Origin: an uncultured Verrucomicrobia subdivision 3 bacterium
Lineage (GTDB): Bacteria > Verrucomicrobiota > Verrucomicrobiia > Limisphaerales > UBA11358
Direction of reading: 5' to 3'
DNA: 64,000 nt
NCBI GenBank assembly: GCA_903842235.1
Contig: CAIMLG010000105.1
Coordinates: 1,621-65,620, forward strand
The notes under the pieces were generated by a model. It worked only from the letters and a program-made list of their open reading frames with translations. It had not been told where the DNA came from and ran no database searches. The position numbers and the translations under genes are program-made. Below are positions 60,268 to 64,000 of this stretch, piece by piece (within the stretch, counting starts at the first letter, position 1; each line of letters opens with the position of its first letter).

Positions 60268-60969
60268 ATGGACGCCGCCCCACTACCCTTGCTCACCGCC
60301 AGCACGCTTTATCTCGTGGCCACGCCAATTGGCAACTTGGAGGACATCACGCTCCGCGCGCTGCGCGTCCTGCGCGAGTGCGACGTGGTCGCTGCCGAGG
60401 ACACGCGCCGCTCCGGGCAGTTGCTCAAACACTTTGACATCAGCAAACCGCTCCTGAGCTATTTTCAGTTCAACGAGGCCAAGCGCAGTGAGGAAATCAT
60501 CGAGCGCCTCAGGCGCGGCGAGAAAATCGCGCTGGTCACGGATGCCGGCAGCCCCGGCATCAGCGATCCCGGCGAGCGCGTGGTGAAAGCCGCCATTGCC
60601 GCCGGCTTTCGCGTGGAGGCAGTGGTCGGAGCGTGCGCCTTGGTCGGCGCGCTCACGGCGAGCGGTTTGCCGGCGGAGGAATTTCATTTCGTCGGCTTTC
60701 TCCCACACAAATCCGGCCAGCGGCGCAACCAACTGGAAGCTCTCAAAACCGTTCCCGGCACGCTGGTGTTCTACGAATCGCCCTATCGCATCGAGAAACT
60801 GCTGGGCGAACTGAACGAAGTTTATCCCGAGCGCGACCTGGTGCTGGCGCGGGAATTGACGAAGAAGTTCGAGGAATTCCTGCGCGGCAAACCCGCAGAA
60901 CTGCTCGCCATCGCGCAAAAGCGCAGCTTGAAAGGCGAGTTTGTGGTGCTGGTCGGCGCGGCGGCCTGA
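60268..60969 (+). CDS. rsmI: 16S rRNA (cytidine1402-2'-O)-methyltransferase
   Basis: LYLVATPIGNLEDITLRALRVLRECDVVAAEDTR, VTDAGSPGISDPG, GFLP.K...R and VFYESPYR. ATG 60268 is preferred over the upstream extension. Confidence 0.92.
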   Translation: MDAAPLPLLTASTLYLVATPIGNLEDITLRALRVLRECDVVAAEDTRRSGQLLKHFDISKPLLSYFQFNEAKRSEEIIERLRRGEKIALVTDAGSPGISDPGERVVKAAIAAGFRVEAVVGACALVGALTASGLPAEEFHFVGFLPHKSGQRRNQLEALKTVPGTLVFYESPYRIEKLLGELNEVYPERDLVLARELTKKFEEFLRGKPAELLAIAQKRSLKGEFVVLVGAAA

Positions 60970-61019
60970 ACCCGCGAAATGCGATTGTTTTCGGCGCCAT
61001 TTCCCGCCACAGTGGGCGC

Positions 61020-63341
61020 ATGAAATTCGCTCCCATTTTCCTTGGCCTGTTCGTCGCGTCCACCGTATCGGCAGCAGCATTTTCCCTCTATCACAACGGC
61101 TGGAATGACCTGAACAAGGACGGCGAGAAGAATGTTTACGAAGACCCGACCCAGCCAGTCGCCGCCCGCGTGGCCGACCTGCTGCCGCGCCTGACGCTCG
61201 AAGAAAAAATCGGCCAGCTCTGGCAGCTATATCTGCCGGAAGCCACCAATTTCAGCCAAAGCGCCGAGCAGGTGCGCGCGGGCACGGTGGGTTCGTATCT
61301 GGGCGGCAGCGAGAACATTGAAACCCCGGCGCTGCGCAACCAATTGCAGCGGGAGGCCATCGAAGCCAGCCGGCTCGGCGTGCCGCTGATTTTCGCGCAC
61401 GACGTCATCCACGGCTTTCGCACGATTTTCCCCATCTCGCTGGCACAGGCTTGCGCGTGGGAGCCGGAATTGTTCGAACAAACCCAGACCATCGCCGCGC
61501 GGGAAGCGGCAGCCGCGGGCATTGACTGGACGTTCGCTCCGATGGTGGATCTGGCCCGCGACCCGCGCTGGGGCCGCATCGCCGAAGGGTTCGGGGAAGA
61601 TCCGTGGCTCGGCACACTGAACGCCGCCGCCAGCGTGCGCGGCTTCCAAGGCACGAACGTCGCCGCGCCGGACCGGGTGGTGGCCTGCCTGAAACATTAC
61701 GTCGGCTACGGCGCGGCGGAAGGCGGGCGCGATTACAACACCACCGAAATTTCCGAGTTTACCCTGCGCAATTTCTACCTGCCGCAATTCCAAGCCGGCG
61801 TGAAAGCCGGCGCGCTGACGGTGATGAGCGCGTTCAATTGCATTTCCGGATTTCCGGCCAGCGGCCATCACCACACGCTCACCGAAATCCTGCGGGGCGA
61901 ATGGCAATTCCCCGGCTTCGTTGTCAGCGACTGGGAATCGGTCGGCGAACTGGTGGATCATGGCGTCGCCGCCGACAACGCCGCCGCCGCCCGCCTGGGG
62001 CTGACCGCCGGGGTGGACATGGAAATGGTTTCGCCCACATATCACGACACGCTGGCCCAGCAGATCAAGTCGGGCGCCCTTCCCGAGGCCGTTTTGAACC
62101 AGGCGGTGGCCCGCATCTTGACGGTGAAATTCGCCAAGGGCCTGTTTGAAAATCCGTTCACCGACGAAACGCAAGCCGCCACGCCGTTTCTCCGGCCCGA
62201 TGCCCTGGCCCTCGCCCGCACGGCGGCCGCCAAATCCTGCGTGCTGCTCAAGAACGAAAACGTCGCGCTGCCGCTGGCCAAACGCGCCGGAAAAATCGCG
62301 CTGCTCGGCCCCTTCGCCGACAACGCGGAGGAACTCATCGGCTGCTGGAGCTCGCGCGGCCACAGCAACAGCATTGTTTCCCTAGCCGATGGCATCCGCG
62401 CCCAACTGCCCGCCGGGGCGGAACTGATCATCCGGCGCGGCTGCCGCATGATTGATGCCGGCAAAGTCCGCCATCACCTGGATTTCTCGCTGGTGCAGGA
62501 ACCGCCGACCGGCAGCCATGAAATTGCCGAAGCGGTGGCCGTGGCGCAGGCGGCCAACGTGATTCTGCTGGCCCTCGGCGAACCCCGCGAATGGAGCGGC
62601 GAAGACGCCAGCCGCACGGAACTCGGCCTGCCCGGCCGGCAACTCGAGCTGTTTGAAGCCGTCGCCGCGACCGGCAAACCGGTCATCGTGGTTTTATTCA
62701 ACGGTCGCCCGCTCGCCATTCCCCAGTTGCAAGAAAAGGCGGCGGCCATCTTGGAAGCCTGGCATCCCGGCATTCAAGGCGGTCTCGGCGTGGCTGATGT
62801 GCTGTTGGGCGAGGTTGCGCCGGCGGGCCGGTTGACCACCACCTTCCCGCGCAGCGTCGGCCAGGTGCCGTTTCACTACAACCATTTCAACACCGGCCGG
62901 CCCGGCTTTGGCGATTACAAGGGCAACTACGCCGACAGCCCCACCACTCCGCTCTATCCGTTCGGCTTTGGGCTGGCCTACACCACGTTTGAATTTGGCA
63001 AAGTAATCCTCAACACCAACCGGGTGCCCGCGACCGGCACCGTCACCGCCCACGTCGAAATCACCAATACCGGCAAACGCGCCGGCACCGCCGTGGCGGA
63101 GCTTTATCTCCGAGCACTGGCGGCCACCGCCGGGCCGCGGCCGGTGCGCGAGTTGAAGGGCTTTCAGAAAATCACCTTGCTGCCGGGCGAAAAACGCGCG
63201 GTGCAGTTTGAACTGCCCGCGCAAGAACTCGGCTACTTCGACGCCCGCGGTCAGTGGCTGGTGGAAGCGGGCAAATACCAGCTCTGGATTGCCGCCGACT
63301 CCGCCGCCGGCGAACCAGCCGCCTTCGAACTGACGCGCTGA
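61020..63341 (+). CDS. bglX: GH3 beta-glucosidase (BglX-like), secreted
   Basis: Signal peptide MKFAPIFLGLFVASTVSAAA. Motifs are LTLEEKIGQL, IFAHDVIHG, FAPMVDLARDPRWGR and the nucleophile context GFVVSDW. The ORF extension back to 60633 overlaps rsmI and is not coding. Confidence 0.92.
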   Translation: MKFAPIFLGLFVASTVSAAAFSLYHNGWNDLNKDGEKNVYEDPTQPVAARVADLLPRLTLEEKIGQLWQLYLPEATNFSQSAEQVRAGTVGSYLGGSENIETPALRNQLQREAIEASRLGVPLIFAHDVIHGFRTIFPISLAQACAWEPELFEQTQTIAAREAAAAGIDWTFAPMVDLARDPRWGRIAEGFGEDPWLGTLNAAASVRGFQGTNVAAPDRVVACLKHYVGYGAAEGGRDYNTTEISEFTLRNFYLPQFQAGVKAGALTVMSAFNCISGFPASGHHHTLTEILRGEWQFPGFVVSDWESVGELVDHGVAADNAAAARLGLTAGVDMEMVSPTYHDTLAQQIKSGALPEAVLNQAVARILTVKFAKGLFENPFTDETQAATPFLRPDALALARTAAAKSCVLLKNENVALPLAKRAGKIALLGPFADNAEELIGCWSSRGHSNSIVSLADGIRAQLPAGAELIIRRGCRMIDAGKVRHHLDFSLVQEPPTGSHEIAEAVAVAQAANVILLALGEPREWSGEDASRTELGLPGRQLELFEAVAATGKPVIVVLFNGRPLAIPQLQEKAAAILEAWHPGIQGGLGVADVLLGEVAPAGRLTTTFPRSVGQVPFHYNHFNTGRPGFGDYKGNYADSPTTPLYPFGFGLAYTTFEFGKVILNTNRVPATGTVTAHVEITNTGKRAGTAVAELYLRALAATAGPRPVRELKGFQKITLLPGEKRAVQFELPAQELGYFDARGQWLVEAGKYQLWIAADSAAGEPAAFELTR

Positions 63342-63537
63342 ATCCGCGATCCGCCGCGCCGCCTAACCGCGTTAGCATTCCGGCGCTTGACCCGTGCCCC
63401 AATTGAAATCAGAATCACCCGCACATCCGGATGAAAATGAACTTCAATGGAATCAGGGGTGGCTTGGGCGCGGTCTGTCTGCTCGTCTCGACGTTGACCA
63501 GCCAGCCTTTGCTTTGCTGGGGCCACCGGAACCGTGG

Positions 63538-64000
63538 ATGCAGTCCACCAACGGGGTGCTGTGGACCGGCGATATTGGCGGGCCGATGGATCTGGGCAGC
63601 GGCTACCGGTGGAATGTGCCGGTGATCACTTACGGCTTTGACGCCTCCGTCCTCGATTATTTTGGCACCAACGGCGTGGCGGCGGTGGAAAGCGCCATTC
63701 AGATGTTGAATGAACTGCCGCCAGCTTCGAGCCTCGCGCTGACGAGTTTTCCATTTGATACCATTAATTTGAACACCACCGCCCAAGCTCAGGGCCTGAC
63801 CGACTTAAAGTCCCAAACCATTTCGCTGCTTTTGGAACACCTCGGGTTGACCCAACCCGAGCGTTATATTTACGCTATAAAACAATGGGACTCTGCCCGA
63901 ATCAAAGCCACGCGGGAGCTTTATGGATACCCAACAAATTTAATCTATCTTCCAGAATCCTGCTGGCTGGATTGGGCCATTCCCGATTACATCGTGATGC
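63538..64000 (+). CDS. Partial CDS running off the window end (hypothetical secreted protein); its signal peptide is apparently encoded out of frame at 63431..63511
   Basis: The frame is open from ~63430 to 64000 and encodes a protein-like sequence (WNVPVITYGFDASVLDYFGTNGVAAVESAIQMLNELP...). It is not listed in the ORF track because it has no stop. ORF 63431..63625 supplies a plausible signal peptide (MKMNFNGIRGGLGAVCLLVSTLTSQP) in another frame. Confidence 0.5.
   Translation, partial: MQSTNGVLWTGDIGGPMDLGSGYRWNVPVITYGFDASVLDYFGTNGVAAVESAIQMLNELPPASSLALTSFPFDTINLNTTAQAQGLTDLKSQTISLLLEHLGLTQPERYIYAIKQWDSARIKATRELYGYPTNLIYLPESCWLDWAIPDYIVM

Noticed and set aside
59463-60437. 324-aa + ORF and the 132-aa minus ORF 59150..59548 in the GT28-rsmI gap
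   Set aside because: Both read straight through hairpins and inverted repeats. They are Pro/Arg/Gly/Ser-rich and overlap rsmI or the glycosyltransferase end. I treat the region as a noncoding repeat island.
60633-61019. Upstream extensions of ORF-track starts: GH3 from 60633, plus 16654, 20641, 27791, 28428, 30665 and 60220
   Set aside because: The extensions encode Arg/Gly-rich or otherwise non-protein-like sequence. They overlap the preceding gene, or they precede an internal Met that begins a clean signal peptide or conserved N-terminus.

Overview
This is a 64-kb bacterial chromosomal window of about 60% GC. The gene content suggests a Verrucomicrobiota/PVC-type genome; this is inference, because no search was run. 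The relevant genes are giant autotransporter-associated beta-strand-repeat exoproteins (PF12951 style), a prepilin-type N-methylation protein, a TIGR02999-like ECF sigma factor paired with a Ser/Thr kinase, and DUF1080 plus Gfo/Idh/MocA genes.

The window falls into three blocks.

(i) 1.4-33.0 kb, all on the + strand, is a glycan-degradation exoprotein locus. GH115-, GH43-, GH76-, SASA/acetylesterase- and (alpha/alpha)6-like catalytic domains are grafted onto a shared scaffold. The scaffold consists of a head module, beta-strand repeats, a neck module, and a ~65-aa tail ending in F[FY]R[LV]. An ECF sigma/Ser-Thr kinase pair is embedded in the locus, and the kinase stop overlaps the next gene's start.

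(ii) 33.0-38.9 kb is a lower-GC, decayed mobile-element island. It holds an IS91-like transposase tail and a frameshifted, N-terminally truncated tyrosine recombinase. It also has 56/57-bp direct repeats bracketing a 4.35-kb module that carries a GH55-like double beta-helix protein.

(iii) 38.9-64 kb holds housekeeping and envelope genes: a B12 radical SAM enzyme, a MlaA-hydrolase fusion, a Spinster-like MFS transporter, class II RNR nrdJ, metY-metX-metW, a HAD-Lnt fusion, an MGDG-synthase-like glycosyltransferase, rsmI and a GH3 enzyme. It also contains a 1.1-kb repeat-dense noncoding stretch.

I saw no rRNA, intact tRNA or CRISPR array. Several genes are interrupted by small repeat-associated indels (a G5 tract, a CA dinucleotide, a 5-bp tandem duplication). 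These could be real decay, phase variation or assembly error. All family calls come from motif recognition by eye, not from database searches.
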